From contig JACZUI010000003.1 of the NCBI GenBank assembly GCA_022573225.1, forward strand, positions 11,798 to 75,797: a stretch of DNA of 64,000 nucleotides, read 5' to 3'. Positions within the stretch are counted from its first letter, which is position 1. The number at the start of each line of letters is the position of its first letter. A program made the position numbers and the translations under genes. The DNA is from Acidobacteriota bacterium. Its GTDB lineage: Bacteria > Actinomycetota > Acidimicrobiia > Spongiisociales > ZC4RG35. Below are positions 37,745 to 49,213 of the stretch, one piece after another. The notes under the pieces are model-generated. The model was not told where the DNA came from and ran no database searches. It saw only the letters and a program-made list of their open reading frames with translations.

Positions 37745-37969
37745 GAATCTGCAGAGCCGTAGGTCTTCGGGATGAGTGAGATGCTTCGTTCAACGAGCTT
37801 CTGGGAGTCTGCTGATTAGTGCCGTTGGTCAGATCGGCGGCCAGGCGCGTCACTCGCAAGGACGAGGTTTCGCCACTCCTTGTACCGGAATGGCGGGGGC
37901 GAGGACACCGCGAGTGGCGATGATCTGGTCGTCGAGATGAGTGACATGCATTGTTCAGCGGGCTCCTAG
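37742..37969. mobile_element. Two tandem MITE-like elements (37742-37803 degenerate; 37802-37969 longest copy)
   Basis: Left ends GGAATCTGCAGA and GGAGTCTGCTGA; right ends GATGAGTGAGATGCTTCGTTCAACGAGCTTCT and GATGAGTGACATGCATTGTTCAGCGGGCTCCTAG. Confidence 0.7.
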
Positions 37970-37983
37970 CCTTTCGCGCCCCT

Positions 37984-38997
37984 ATGAGAGTCGACGAGTT
38001 CAGATACGATCTACCCGATTCCGCGGTTGCCCAGCAGCCCGCCGAGCCCAGACATGCGGCGCGTCTGCTGGACACCCGCTCCATGAGCGATCACACCTTC
38101 GGGGACCTTCCCAATCTCTTGCGCGAGGGAGATCTGGTGGTGATCAACAACACGAGAGTCCGCAAGGCGCGGCTGCGTGGCAGGAAGGCCGAAACGGGTG
38201 CCCGCGTCGAGCTGCTGATCCTCGACCGCACCGCCAACGGTTCGTGGAAGGCGATGATCCGTCCATCTAGGCGGATACGGCCCGGGACGGTCGTCGAGTT
38301 CGACGGATTCGGGGCAACCATCGTCGATGGTCCCGACGATGGCATCGTCACGGTGGTGTTGGATGCATCCGATGCGGAGGAAGCGTTCGAGGAAGTTGGC
38401 GAGGTCCCACTTCCGCCGTACTTCACCGGGCACTTGCCCGATCCAGGCCGTTATCAGACGATGTTCGCCAGGGCGGTCGGGTCGGCCGCGGCGCCAACCG
38501 CAGGGCTTCATTTCACCCCGGAGGTAGTGGCGGGACTCGGCCGGCGGAAAATCGAGATCGCAGAAGTCGAGTTGCATGTCGGCATGGACACATTCAGGCC
38601 AATGAGCACCGACACAATCGAGGAGCATGTGATGCATTCGGAATGGTGCTCGGTTCCGAAGGCGACAGCAGACGCGGTGGCCCGAACACGTCGCGTCGGA
38701 GCTCGTGTGGTAGCTGTCGGCACGACGACGGCGCGGACCTTGGAGACATTCGCCGGGTCTGGGGGCAATGTTCGTGATGGCCAGACAGACACCAACCTGT
38801 TTCTCTCACCCGGGTCAGACTTTCAGGTGGTCGATCTGATGGTGACCAATTTCCATGTACCCGGTTCGACTCTTGTCGTAATGATTGCGGCATTCATGGG
38901 TGACCTGTGGCGGGTTGCCTACCAGGAGGCCATGGAGCGGAGCTACCGATTCCTTTCGTTCGGCGATGCAATGCTTTGCGAGAGAGAAGAGGGGTAG
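37984..38997 (+). CDS. queA: S-adenosylmethionine:tRNA ribosyltransferase-isomerase
   Basis: VPLPPY, YQT, AAPTAGLHF, AVGTT, YRFLSFGDAM. Confidence 0.96.
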   Translation: MRVDEFRYDLPDSAVAQQPAEPRHAARLLDTRSMSDHTFGDLPNLLREGDLVVINNTRVRKARLRGRKAETGARVELLILDRTANGSWKAMIRPSRRIRPGTVVEFDGFGATIVDGPDDGIVTVVLDASDAEEAFEEVGEVPLPPYFTGHLPDPGRYQTMFARAVGSAAAPTAGLHFTPEVVAGLGRRKIEIAEVELHVGMDTFRPMSTDTIEEHVMHSEWCSVPKATADAVARTRRVGARVVAVGTTTARTLETFAGSGGNVRDGQTDTNLFLSPGSDFQVVDLMVTNFHVPGSTLVVMIAAFMGDLWRVAYQEAMERSYRFLSFGDAMLCEREEG

Positions 38998-40113
<1,116 letters not shown>

Positions 40114-40167
40114 CCACATCCGAATGCCTAACCTCCCTCTGTCTCACCCACCCCTCGGAGGATCTCC

Positions 40168-40467
40168 GTGCATTACGTTGTCTTAGCTCAGGAATCAAGC
40201 GGAAGTCCCGTGACGTCGATCGTCTTTCTCGGCCTCATGGTCGCCGTGTTCTGGCTGTTCATCATCCGACCCCAACGCCGGCGTTCCAAGAAGCAGAAGG
40301 AGCTCGCCGGCTCTCTGATGGTGGGCCAGGAAGTCAAGACCATCGGCGGGATACACGGCACAGTGGTCTCACTCGACGAGGACAGCATTGTCCTCAAGGT
40401 CGAGGACGGAAAGATCCGGGTCACGCGTCGCGCCATTGGCTCCGTCGTCGGGGGAGACGACACTTGA
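40168..40467 (+). CDS. yajC: Preprotein translocase subunit YajC
   Basis: IIRPQ, TIGGIHG. Confidence 0.93.
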   Translation: MHYVVLAQESSGSPVTSIVFLGLMVAVFWLFIIRPQRRRSKKQKELAGSLMVGQEVKTIGGIHGTVVSLDEDSIVLKVEDGKIRVTRRAIGSVVGGDDT

Positions 40468-40468
40468 C

Positions 40469-41884
40469 ATGACACGCCGGCTTGTCGGCCTGATCATTGT
40501 TCTCGCTATCGCATGGGGGGGATTGGCCGCGGTGATGGCAGCGGGGCTGACCCCTCGTCTTGGCCTCGACCTCCAAGGTGGCACTGCGGTGGTTCTCACT
40601 GCGCCGGAAGGAACCGATCCGGAACTGATCGAAGTCGCCACTGAGATCATGAACCGACGTATCGAGGACATCGGCGACGTCCAGGAGCCCGACATTCAGA
40701 TTTCGGGTGATCGCACGGTGGTCGTGCAGCTGCCAGGTGTCGAGGATGAGCAACGCGCGATCGAGGCGGTGGGCCAGACCGGGCTTCTCTCCTTCCGGCC
40801 CGTTCTGAGCGCGGTGGTTGGCGACATAGGTCCTCTCGCCGGCACCGGGACCGAGAACATCGATGACACCACCGGTTTGAGCATCAATGAAGATATTCAC
40901 GCCGAAGCCTGGCTTCTGTACGAGAACGTCGGGGCCCCGCCCCAAGTTATGAACGTTGGTCCGGCAGCACTGGAAGGTGACGATGTAGCGGACGCCGTAC
41001 CTGTCTTCGATCCCAATTCGGCGGTTTGGGCGGTGAGTCTCAACCTGACCGGCGAAGGAGCCGATGAGTTCGCGCAGCTGACCGCCGAGGCTGCTTCCTT
41101 TCCCATCGGCGATCCAAGGCGTCAGATTGCGATCGTTCTCGACGGAGCAGTCGTCACTTCCCCGGCGGTCAACCCCAGTGTTTCGCCCGAGACGGGTATC
41201 TCGGGCGGAAGGGCACAAATCACAATGGGTCAAGGGGAGGAGGCCCAACAGGAGGCCAACGATCTAGCCGTTGTTCTCCGCTATGGCTCGTTGCCGGTGG
41301 CCTTTGAGATCTCCGCCGTCACGAAGGTGTCGGGAACGCTCGGTGCGGACTCGCTTCAGGCGGGAATCCTGGCGGGCGCAATCGGCCTTGCGTTGGTCAC
41401 AATCATTTTTCTGGTCTTTTATCGCTCGCTCGGATTGGTCGCGATCGTCGGTCTCACTGTGTTTGGCTCAATCCTGATGGCCCTTTTCGGGGCACTCGGT
41501 GAGTGGATCGGCCTCACACTTACTCTTGCCGGCGTGACCGGAATCATCGTCTCGGTCGGCATCACCGCGGACAGCTACATCGTCTACTTCGAGCGGATCA
41601 AGGAGAACATCCGCGGGGGGTACGAGGTCGACGAGGCGGCTAACGAGGGTTTCTCGCCCGCCTTTCGCACCATCCTGACTGCCGACACCGTGAGCCTCAT
41701 CAGCGCCGTGCTTCTCTACACCCTGGCCGTTGGCGCAGTGAAAGGCTTCGCGTTGGCGCTTGGCATGGCCACTGTCCTCGACATCCTGATCGCTCGCTTC
41801 TTCACGAAACGAGCAGTCGGCATCCTGGCTGAGACGCGTCTCGGTAGTGGCGGACGGTTCAGCATCGCGGGGGCCGCCAAGTGA
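40469..41884 (+). CDS. secD: Protein translocase subunit SecD
   Basis: LGLDLQGG, AIVLDG, GSLP, DSYIVYFERIKE. Confidence 0.95.
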   Translation: MTRRLVGLIIVLAIAWGGLAAVMAAGLTPRLGLDLQGGTAVVLTAPEGTDPELIEVATEIMNRRIEDIGDVQEPDIQISGDRTVVVQLPGVEDEQRAIEAVGQTGLLSFRPVLSAVVGDIGPLAGTGTENIDDTTGLSINEDIHAEAWLLYENVGAPPQVMNVGPAALEGDDVADAVPVFDPNSAVWAVSLNLTGEGADEFAQLTAEAASFPIGDPRRQIAIVLDGAVVTSPAVNPSVSPETGISGGRAQITMGQGEEAQQEANDLAVVLRYGSLPVAFEISAVTKVSGTLGADSLQAGILAGAIGLALVTIIFLVFYRSLGLVAIVGLTVFGSILMALFGALGEWIGLTLTLAGVTGIIVSVGITADSYIVYFERIKENIRGGYEVDEAANEGFSPAFRTILTADTVSLISAVLLYTLAVGAVKGFALALGMATVLDILIARFFTKRAVGILAETRLGSGGRFSIAGAAK

Positions 41885-42840
41885 GTACCTGGAGTCGACT
41901 CAAACGTGGTGAAACCGAGATCGATTTTGTCGGCCTTCGCAAACGCTGGCTGATCATCTCGGCGGTGCTGCTGACGATCTCGCTGGCGAGCCTTGGGCTG
42001 CGTCAGCTGAACCTCGGGATCGAGTTCGTCGGCGGACTGGGTATGCAGGCCCCGAATCCTGCCGGCGCCGAAGTCGGCGAGATCCGGGATGCCCTGGCGG
42101 GCGTTGGAGTCGACGATGCGACGATCCAGCTGATAGACGACGGTGCCGCGGTGCGAGTCACTACACCCGACCTGGATATCGAGGTCGAGAACGCGGCCAT
42201 CGAGGCTCTCGCCGAGGTGACCGGAGCCGATCGGAGCGAAATCTCCATCGAGTCGGTTGGTCCATCGTTTGGAGCCCTCGTGTTGAGACGGGCCTTGACC
42301 GCTCTCGGGGTGTTTCTCGGCGTGGTGGTGCTTTTCATCACCTGGCGGCTCGAGTTCAAAATGGCGATGGCCGGCATAGTCGCGCTGGGGCACGACCTGC
42401 TGATCACCGTCGGGGTGTATTCGCTCACCGGCTTCGTGGTGACGCCGGCCACGGTGGTGGCGGTGTTGACCATCCTCGGCTACTCGCTTTATGACACGGT
42501 TGTCGTGTTCGACAAGGTCGAGGAGTTGGTCGAGAGAGAGGATGAGAAGACGTATTCCGAGATCGTGAACCTGGCCATGAACCAGGTACTGGCGCGGTCG
42601 TTGGCAACGTCCCTCACGTCTCTTTTGCCCGTGGGATCGATTCTCTTCGTGGGGTCTTTCGTGCTGGGAGCTCCCTCGTTGCGCGAGTTTGCCCTTGCCC
42701 TGTTCGTGGGGATCGCCGCCGGCACCTACTCGTCGATCTTCGTGGCCGCCCCACTGCTGGCTAGCTGGAAGGAACGCGAGGAGTTCTGGCAGGAGCGAGC
42801 CGATTGGGTGGCGAGACGGGCAAAGGCCGCCAGACGCTGA
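41881..42840 (+). CDS. secF: Protein translocase subunit SecF
   Basis: GIEFVGG, GYSLYDTVVVFD, GTYSSIF. Confidence 0.95.
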   Translation: MSTWSRLKRGETEIDFVGLRKRWLIISAVLLTISLASLGLRQLNLGIEFVGGLGMQAPNPAGAEVGEIRDALAGVGVDDATIQLIDDGAAVRVTTPDLDIEVENAAIEALAEVTGADRSEISIESVGPSFGALVLRRALTALGVFLGVVVLFITWRLEFKMAMAGIVALGHDLLITVGVYSLTGFVVTPATVVAVLTILGYSLYDTVVVFDKVEELVEREDEKTYSEIVNLAMNQVLARSLATSLTSLLPVGSILFVGSFVLGAPSLREFALALFVGIAAGTYSSIFVAAPLLASWKEREEFWQERADWVARRAKAARR

Positions 42841-42861
42841 GCCGACCTTAGACTCTGGCCG

Positions 42862-43380
42862 GTGGACTACGTCACCTCACTGATTCGTGACATCCCCGAC
42901 TTTCCGAAACCGGGCGTCACCTTCAAGGACATAACCCCTGTCCTTGCCGACAGCCAGGCCCTCAAGACCCTGGTCGACGCATTGGCCGAGCCTTACAAAG
43001 ATCAGGGGATCAGTAAGGTTGCCGGCATCGAGGCCCGAGGCTTCACTCTGGCCACCCCTGTCGCAGATCGTCTGGGAGCCGGCTTCATACCGATGCGAAA
43101 GCCCGGAAAGCTCCCCTGGAAGACGGTTCGCGAGGATTACTCCCTCGAGTACGGGGCAGACGCGCTCGAGATCCATACCGACGCGGCTGAGCCCGGCGAG
43201 AGGATCCTGATCGTCGACGATGTGATTGCAACCGGAGGGACTGCCGCAGCCGCGGTCAGGTTGTTGAGGGGAGTGAATGCCGATGTAGTGGGGTTCTCGG
43301 TTTTCATCGAACTGGTCTTCTTGGATGGCGTTTCGAAGCTGAATGGGGTACCGGTCAATGCCCTGGTCAGATACGACTGA
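42862..43380 (+). CDS. apt: Adenine phosphoribosyltransferase
   Basis: PDFPKPG, EARGF, RKPGKLP, VDDVIATGGT. Confidence 0.96.
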   Translation: MDYVTSLIRDIPDFPKPGVTFKDITPVLADSQALKTLVDALAEPYKDQGISKVAGIEARGFTLATPVADRLGAGFIPMRKPGKLPWKTVREDYSLEYGADALEIHTDAAEPGERILIVDDVIATGGTAAAAVRLLRGVNADVVGFSVFIELVFLDGVSKLNGVPVNALVRYD

Positions 43381-45523
43381 CACGGTCGCGCCCGCCACCC
43401 TCGACGGTGTGATCACGGCCTTCGAGGCTCATTATCCTGAGGGCGACACCGACCTGCTGCGACATGCGTACGAGGTGGCGACAGTTGCCCACAGCGGTCA
43501 GGTTCGTAAGACCGGCGACCCTTACATAAGCCATCCCACGACGGTGGCGCTCATGCTGGCCGAATACGGCCTTGATCAACAGACCATTGCTGCCGCGTTT
43601 CTCCACGACACTGTCGAGGACACACCGCTGACCCTGGCGGAGATAGACCACGAATTCGGGTCCGAGATTGCCGGATTGATCGACGGTGTCACCAAGCTCG
43701 ATCGAGTCCGATTCTCGAATCGAGAGCAGGCACAAGCGGCCACGATCCGAAAGATGGTCGTCGCCATGGCTCAGGACGTGCGGGTCTTGATCATCAAGCT
43801 GTTCGACCGCCTCCACAACATCCGCACTGTTCACGCTCTCCGTGACGAGAAGCAAAAACGGGTCGCCAAGGAAACGCTCGATGTGTATGCGCCATTGGCC
43901 CACCGACTCGGTGTGCAGGAGATCAAGCATGAGTTCGAGGACCGCTGTTTCGCGATTCTCTATCCAGGCCCAAATGTCGAGATCAAAGCGAAGCTTGCCG
44001 AGAGGGCGCCGGAGCGCGAGGCATTCATCAAGAAGATGGTCGAGGAAGTGACTGGCATCCTGGCCGATTCCGGTGTCGAGGCCGATGTCACGGGGCGGCC
44101 GAAGCACGAATACTCCATCTACCGGAAGATGTTGGAGGAGAACCGGCCCTTTGAGGACATCCACGACCTCATCGGTATCCGAATCATCGCTCCGACCACC
44201 CGTGATTGTTACGCGGCTCTCGGCTTGGTGCACAGCCACTGGGTCCCGGTGACCGGTCGCTTCAAGGACTACATAGCGATGCCCAAGATCAACCTCTATC
44301 AGTCACTCCACACCACAGTCATTGGCCCCGACGGCAAAGCCATCGAGATCCAGATCCGGACCCAGGAGATGCACCAGCGCGCCGAGTCGGGTATCGCCGC
44401 ACACTGGCGCTACAAGGAAGGTGAGGTCGGGAGTTTTCCCGATATGGATCTGGCCGCGCTGGGCGCAGATGAGGACCCGGAGGAGTTCCTGGCGAACCTG
44501 AAGCTCGACCTCTATCAGAACGAGGTGTTCGTCCTGACTCCGGGAGGCGACGTCAAGTCGCTTCCCGCGAGCGCAACGGCCGTTGACTTTGCTTATTCGG
44601 TCCATACCGAGGTGGGACACCGTTGTGTTGGGGCCCGGGTCAACGGGCGCCTCGTGCCTCTTTCCACCCGGCTGCAATCGGGTGACATCGTGGAGGTGCT
44701 GACGTCTAAGTCTCCCAGCGCTGGGCCCAGTCGCGATTGGCTCAACTTTGTGCGAACCGGCCGGGCCAAGTCGAAGATCAAACAGTGGTTCACCAAGGAG
44801 CGACGCGACCAGGCGCTGTTGGAAGGCAAGGACCAGCTGAATACGTTGTTCAAGAAGGAGGCGTCAGACCTGTCGGCCTCCCATCGGGACGACCATCTCG
44901 AGATGATCGCCAAGGATCTGGGGCAGAACAGTGTTGAAGCCCTCCAGATCGCGGTCGGTGAGGGCCACGTGTCGATCGACTCGGTGGCCACCCGGCTTCA
45001 CAGGATTCTCACTCCGGACACGGGAGACGATCTCTTCGTCCCCAAGCGTCGTCGTCCTCAGGACAGCGCCCACGTAGTCGTGGAAGGCCAGGACGACATG
45101 TTGATTCATCTGGCTCGCTGCTGTTCTCCGGTGCCGGGCGACGCAATTGTCGGCTATGTCACCGTCGGCCGAGGGGTGTCTGTGCACCGATCGGACTGCA
45201 CCAATGTGTCGTCTTTGGCCGAGCGACGGGAGCGGACAGTCGAGGTGTCTTGGCCCGCACAGGATATCGGCGCGTTTGTGGTGTGGATCCAGGTCGAAGC
45301 CCTCGACAGGACCAGGCTGCTGAGAGATGTCACCACCTTCGTCAGTGACACCGGAGGGAACATCACCGCGTCGTCCACCAACGTTGGCGACGATCGCGTT
45401 GCAATTCTCAGATACGAGGTTGAACTCTCCGATCCGAGCCAACTGCCGCGTCTTCTCTCCGACCTGCGCGGAGTAGACGGGGTATTCACTGCTTTTCGCC
45501 TGGCCAACGACCCGGCGTCATGA
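43358..45523 (+). CDS. relA: Bifunctional (p)ppGpp synthetase/hydrolase Rel
   Basis: HDTVED, YQSLHT, EIQIRT, TGS domain, CC..PVPGD, ACT domain. Confidence 0.95.
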   Translation: MPWSDTTDTVAPATLDGVITAFEAHYPEGDTDLLRHAYEVATVAHSGQVRKTGDPYISHPTTVALMLAEYGLDQQTIAAAFLHDTVEDTPLTLAEIDHEFGSEIAGLIDGVTKLDRVRFSNREQAQAATIRKMVVAMAQDVRVLIIKLFDRLHNIRTVHALRDEKQKRVAKETLDVYAPLAHRLGVQEIKHEFEDRCFAILYPGPNVEIKAKLAERAPEREAFIKKMVEEVTGILADSGVEADVTGRPKHEYSIYRKMLEENRPFEDIHDLIGIRIIAPTTRDCYAALGLVHSHWVPVTGRFKDYIAMPKINLYQSLHTTVIGPDGKAIEIQIRTQEMHQRAESGIAAHWRYKEGEVGSFPDMDLAALGADEDPEEFLANLKLDLYQNEVFVLTPGGDVKSLPASATAVDFAYSVHTEVGHRCVGARVNGRLVPLSTRLQSGDIVEVLTSKSPSAGPSRDWLNFVRTGRAKSKIKQWFTKERRDQALLEGKDQLNTLFKKEASDLSASHRDDHLEMIAKDLGQNSVEALQIAVGEGHVSIDSVATRLHRILTPDTGDDLFVPKRRRPQDSAHVVVEGQDDMLIHLARCCSPVPGDAIVGYVTVGRGVSVHRSDCTNVSSLAERRERTVEVSWPAQDIGAFVVWIQVEALDRTRLLRDVTTFVSDTGGNITASSTNVGDDRVAILRYEVELSDPSQLPRLLSDLRGVDGVFTAFRLANDPAS

Positions 45524-45527
45524 CCTT

Positions 45528-46166
45528 GTGCTGATAATTCCGATACCGGCCTGGGTTGCCGCCACCAACGCGTACGTTGTCGCCAGTGAGGCCGGCGGGC
45601 TAGCCGTGGTGGTCGATGCACCACCCGAACCCGAGCTGATCGGTCGAGTTCTCGCGGAGCGCGATCTCACGGCGGTGGCATTGCTGTTGACCCATGGTCA
45701 TGTCGATCACACCGGGGGAAGCGGGGCACTTTCCGGGACTACGGGTGCGGCCGTGTACGTCCATCCCGACGACGACTTCCTCACCCTCGATCCAATGAAG
45801 CAACTCGAGCTCATGTTCGGTTTGACGCCGCCGGGCTCGTACGAGGTGCCCAAGGAGTTCAAGAGCCTTGACGACGGCCAGGTGTTGGACCTGGCGGATC
45901 TCCAGTTCGGGGTTCGTCACACCCCAGGCCATACGCCGGGCCACTGTTGCTTTTATCTCGAATTCGAGGAGACGCTCTTCTCTGGCGACCAGCTGTTCGC
46001 CGGATCGGTGGGACGTACCGACCTGCCCGGAGGCTCCCATCCGGATCTCATCCGTTCGATGAAGGAGAAGGTGATGGTGCTCCCCGACGAGACCAGGGTT
46101 CTTCCGGGTCATGGACCGGAAACCACCATCGGTCGAGAACGAGCAACCAACCCATTTCTCTCATAG
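45528..46166 (+). CDS. MBL-fold hydrolase (glyoxalase II-like)
   Basis: THGHVDH, PGHTPG, SGD, PGHG. Confidence 0.9.
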   Translation: MLIIPIPAWVAATNAYVVASEAGGLAVVVDAPPEPELIGRVLAERDLTAVALLLTHGHVDHTGGSGALSGTTGAAVYVHPDDDFLTLDPMKQLELMFGLTPPGSYEVPKEFKSLDDGQVLDLADLQFGVRHTPGHTPGHCCFYLEFEETLFSGDQLFAGSVGRTDLPGGSHPDLIRSMKEKVMVLPDETRVLPGHGPETTIGRERATNPFLS

Positions 46167-46191
46167 AACTCCAGTTAACCTCGCCTCCTTC

Positions 46192-47421
46192 ATGAGCTTT
46201 CGACCCCCCAAGGGCACATACGATGTTGTCGCGGGCGCCTCGCAGCCGATCAGCGACCCTCAGATCTGGCGCTCCCTGCTGGGCGAGTGGGAGGTTTGGG
46301 CGGAGCGATTCGGATATCCACTCACCATGACACCCGTCTTTGAGTCAACCGAGCTTTTCGAGAGAGGCGTCGGTGGTTCCTCCGAGGTCGTCACCAAGCA
46401 GATGTACACCTTCGAGGACAAGGGCGGCCGCTCTATCACGCTCCGGCCGGAGGGTACGGCCGGGGTAGTCAGAGCTTTTCTCAATGCCGGAGGCCAGGGC
46501 GCATGGAAGGGGGCGTACTCGGGCCCGATGTTTCGCTATGAACGTCCTCAGAAGGGCCGATACCGCCAGTTCTGGCAGGTCGGTGTGGAGTATCTCGATG
46601 CCGAGGCCCCGGACGCCGACTCCGAGGTCATCGAACTCGGCTACCGGTACCTCACTGCGGTGGGCGTGCCGGGACTGGAGCTTCGTCTCAACAGTCTTGG
46701 CGACTCGGAGTGTCGTCCTGCCTATCTCGTGCAGCTCAGCACCTACCTGAACGACCGCCGCGAGAAGCTATGTGAGGATTCGGTAGACCTGATCGATGTC
46801 AATCCGTTGCGAGTACTGGACTGCAAGGTTTGCGAACCGTACCTCACCGATGCACCCGAGATGACGGACAATCTCTGCGACGCGTGTCGCGACCACTTCC
46901 AGTCGGTGAAAACGTCTCTCGAGGCTCTCAACATCCCTTACGTCCAGGACCCCCGGCTTGTGCGCGGTCTGGACTACTACACCCGCACCGCCTTTGAGTT
47001 CATCGGGACAGAGTTGGACGCTGCCCAAAACGCAGTTGGTGGCGGAGGCCGCTACGACGGCCTTGCCGAGTCGATCGGCGGCCGTCGAACCCCTGGAGTC
47101 GGGCTCGCGCTTGGCGTTGACCGGATAGTCATCGCCCTGGGTTCGGCCGAGGCGGCGTCGATCGATGTCTACATAGTCTCCGAGTCCGGCGCCGGTGATG
47201 CTCTTCTGGCGGCATCCGTGTTGCGACAGGACGGCCTCAGAGTTGACTTCGACACCGAGGGCCGCTCGGTCAAGGCCCAGTTTCGGGCCGCCACCCGCTC
47301 TGGTGCCGGCACGACGCTGGTGATGGGTGGACTCGACAAGCCGGTCGATGTGCGCACCGGCGGGAGCCGGTTGACGATGCCCCTGGAGGAGGTCTCAGAT
47401 TGGATGAACGCGACGCTGTGA
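46192..47421 (+). CDS. hisS: Histidine--tRNA ligase
   Basis: LRPEGTA, FRYERPQKGRYRQF, RGLDYY, GGRYDGL. Confidence 0.97.
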   Translation: MSFRPPKGTYDVVAGASQPISDPQIWRSLLGEWEVWAERFGYPLTMTPVFESTELFERGVGGSSEVVTKQMYTFEDKGGRSITLRPEGTAGVVRAFLNAGGQGAWKGAYSGPMFRYERPQKGRYRQFWQVGVEYLDAEAPDADSEVIELGYRYLTAVGVPGLELRLNSLGDSECRPAYLVQLSTYLNDRREKLCEDSVDLIDVNPLRVLDCKVCEPYLTDAPEMTDNLCDACRDHFQSVKTSLEALNIPYVQDPRLVRGLDYYTRTAFEFIGTELDAAQNAVGGGGRYDGLAESIGGRRTPGVGLALGVDRIVIALGSAEAASIDVYIVSESGAGDALLAASVLRQDGLRVDFDTEGRSVKAQFRAATRSGAGTTLVMGGLDKPVDVRTGGSRLTMPLEEVSDWMNATL

Positions 47422-49178
47422 TGAGGACCCATCGGGCAACCGAGATAACCGTTGGAGAGATAGGTCAGAGGGTCACGATCGCAGGATGGGTCCAACGTCG
47501 TCGTGATCATGGCGGCATCACCTTTCTCGATATACGGGACGCCTCCGGGATCGTCCAGGTCGTCGCTGACCCTGAAGATCATGAGGCGGTTGGAGACATC
47601 AAGATGGAATTCTGCGTCTCCGTGGCTGGGACCGTTCGGGCCAGGCCAGAGGGCACCGAGAACCCCGATCTCCCCACCGGCCAGATCGAGATCGGCGCCG
47701 AAGAGATTGTGGTGCTTTCGGCCGCCGGAACCTTGCCGTTCATGATCGATGATCGGGTGGAGGTCGACGAGAGGGTGCGGCTTCAGTATCGGTATCTCGA
47801 CCTCCGCAGGCCGCGGATGGCCGCCAACCTCAAGGCACGCTCCGGAGCCACGGCTGCGATCCGCCGCACCCTCGATGAGGCTGGGTTCCTCGAGGTCGAA
47901 ACACCCACGCTGATCAACAGCACTCCTGAGGGGGCGCGTGACGTGTTGGTCCCCTCCCGACTTCGCACGGGCGAGTTCTACGCGCTGCCCCAGTCGCCTC
48001 AGTTGTTCAAGCAATTGTTGATGATTGCTGGGGTTGAGCGCTACTTCCAGATCGCCCGCTGCTACCGAGATGAGGACTTCCGGTCGGATCGTCAGCTCGA
48101 GTTCACCCAGCTCGACCTCGAAGGCGCGTTCTGGGATCGAGATGATGTGTTGGATGTCATCGAATCGGTCCTCGTCGCGGTGGCGAAGGAGCTGCGGGGA
48201 GTCGACGTCCCCAGACCGTTCCCCCGTCTCACATGGCACGAGGCGATGAACCGCTACGGCTCGGATAAGCCAGACATCCGATTCGGCATGGAGATCGTCG
48301 ACCTGTCCCTGGTATTCGCGGAGTCGGAGTTTGGGGTGTTCAAAGATGCGATCGAGGCGGGGGGCACGGTCAGAGGGATCAACGCAGGGACAAGGGAGTG
48401 GTCAAGGTCGCGCGCTGACGCCCTCACCGATCGGGCCAAGGAATTCGGGGCCAAGGGTTTGGTCTGGATGGTTGTCGAGGACGATGGCTCCCTACGTTCG
48501 CCCATCGCCAAATTCTTGAGCGACCCCGAGCTGGGAGAGATCAAGCGGGCCTTCTCGGCGGGGCCCGGGAACGTTCTGTTGCTTGCCGCAGATACCTGGA
48601 AGACGACAGTCACGGTGCTGGGCGGCCTGCGCCTTGAACTGGGGCGCCCGGCCAACCACGACGAGCTCGAGTTCCTCTGGGTTGTCGATTTTCCGCTATT
48701 CGAAGAGGGAGAGGACGGATCGATTACATTCTCTCACCATCCATTCACCTCTCCGAAGTCTCTCGATGACATGAGAGAACGCCCCAGGGAGGCGATTTCG
48801 AACGCCTACGACGCGGTTCTCAATGGCATAGAACTCGGTTCCGGTTCGGTCAGGATTCACGATCCGGACGTCCAGCGGGAGGTCTTCGAAATACTCGGGA
48901 TCGACCCCGATACCGCGGAGAAGCGATTCGGCTGGTTCCTCGAAGCCCTCCGGTACGGGACCCCACCCCATGCCGGCTTCGCGTTTGGAGTCGACCGCTT
49001 GGTCATGGCACTTCAGAACGAGAGCTCGATTCGAGAGGTGATCCCCTTCCCCAAGACCCAGACGGGATTGGATCCGATGACCGGGGCCCCGACCTGGGTC
49101 GACGACGCACAGCTAGAGGAGTTGGGAATCGAACTCACGTCTGACTCGGAGGCGAGGCGGGAAGAGTTGGAAGCCTGA
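47421..49178 (+). CDS. aspS: Aspartate--tRNA ligase (likely non-discriminating Asp/Asn)
   Basis: RRDHGG, YALPQSPQLFKQ, PPHAGFAFG, FPKT. Confidence 0.97.
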   Translation: MRTHRATEITVGEIGQRVTIAGWVQRRRDHGGITFLDIRDASGIVQVVADPEDHEAVGDIKMEFCVSVAGTVRARPEGTENPDLPTGQIEIGAEEIVVLSAAGTLPFMIDDRVEVDERVRLQYRYLDLRRPRMAANLKARSGATAAIRRTLDEAGFLEVETPTLINSTPEGARDVLVPSRLRTGEFYALPQSPQLFKQLLMIAGVERYFQIARCYRDEDFRSDRQLEFTQLDLEGAFWDRDDVLDVIESVLVAVAKELRGVDVPRPFPRLTWHEAMNRYGSDKPDIRFGMEIVDLSLVFAESEFGVFKDAIEAGGTVRGINAGTREWSRSRADALTDRAKEFGAKGLVWMVVEDDGSLRSPIAKFLSDPELGEIKRAFSAGPGNVLLLAADTWKTTVTVLGGLRLELGRPANHDELEFLWVVDFPLFEEGEDGSITFSHHPFTSPKSLDDMRERPREAISNAYDAVLNGIELGSGSVRIHDPDVQREVFEILGIDPDTAEKRFGWFLEALRYGTPPHAGFAFGVDRLVMALQNESSIREVIPFPKTQTGLDPMTGAPTWVDDAQLEELGIELTSDSEARREELEA

Positions 49179-49213
49179 CCGCGTCGGGAGAACTCGTTGG
49201 TAGCGTCAATGTG

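Noticed and set aside
49180..49210. DNA-damage promoter upstream of rarA (CGTCGG...TAGCGT)
   Set aside because: Spacing is 13 nt rather than 10, and there is no complete SOS box
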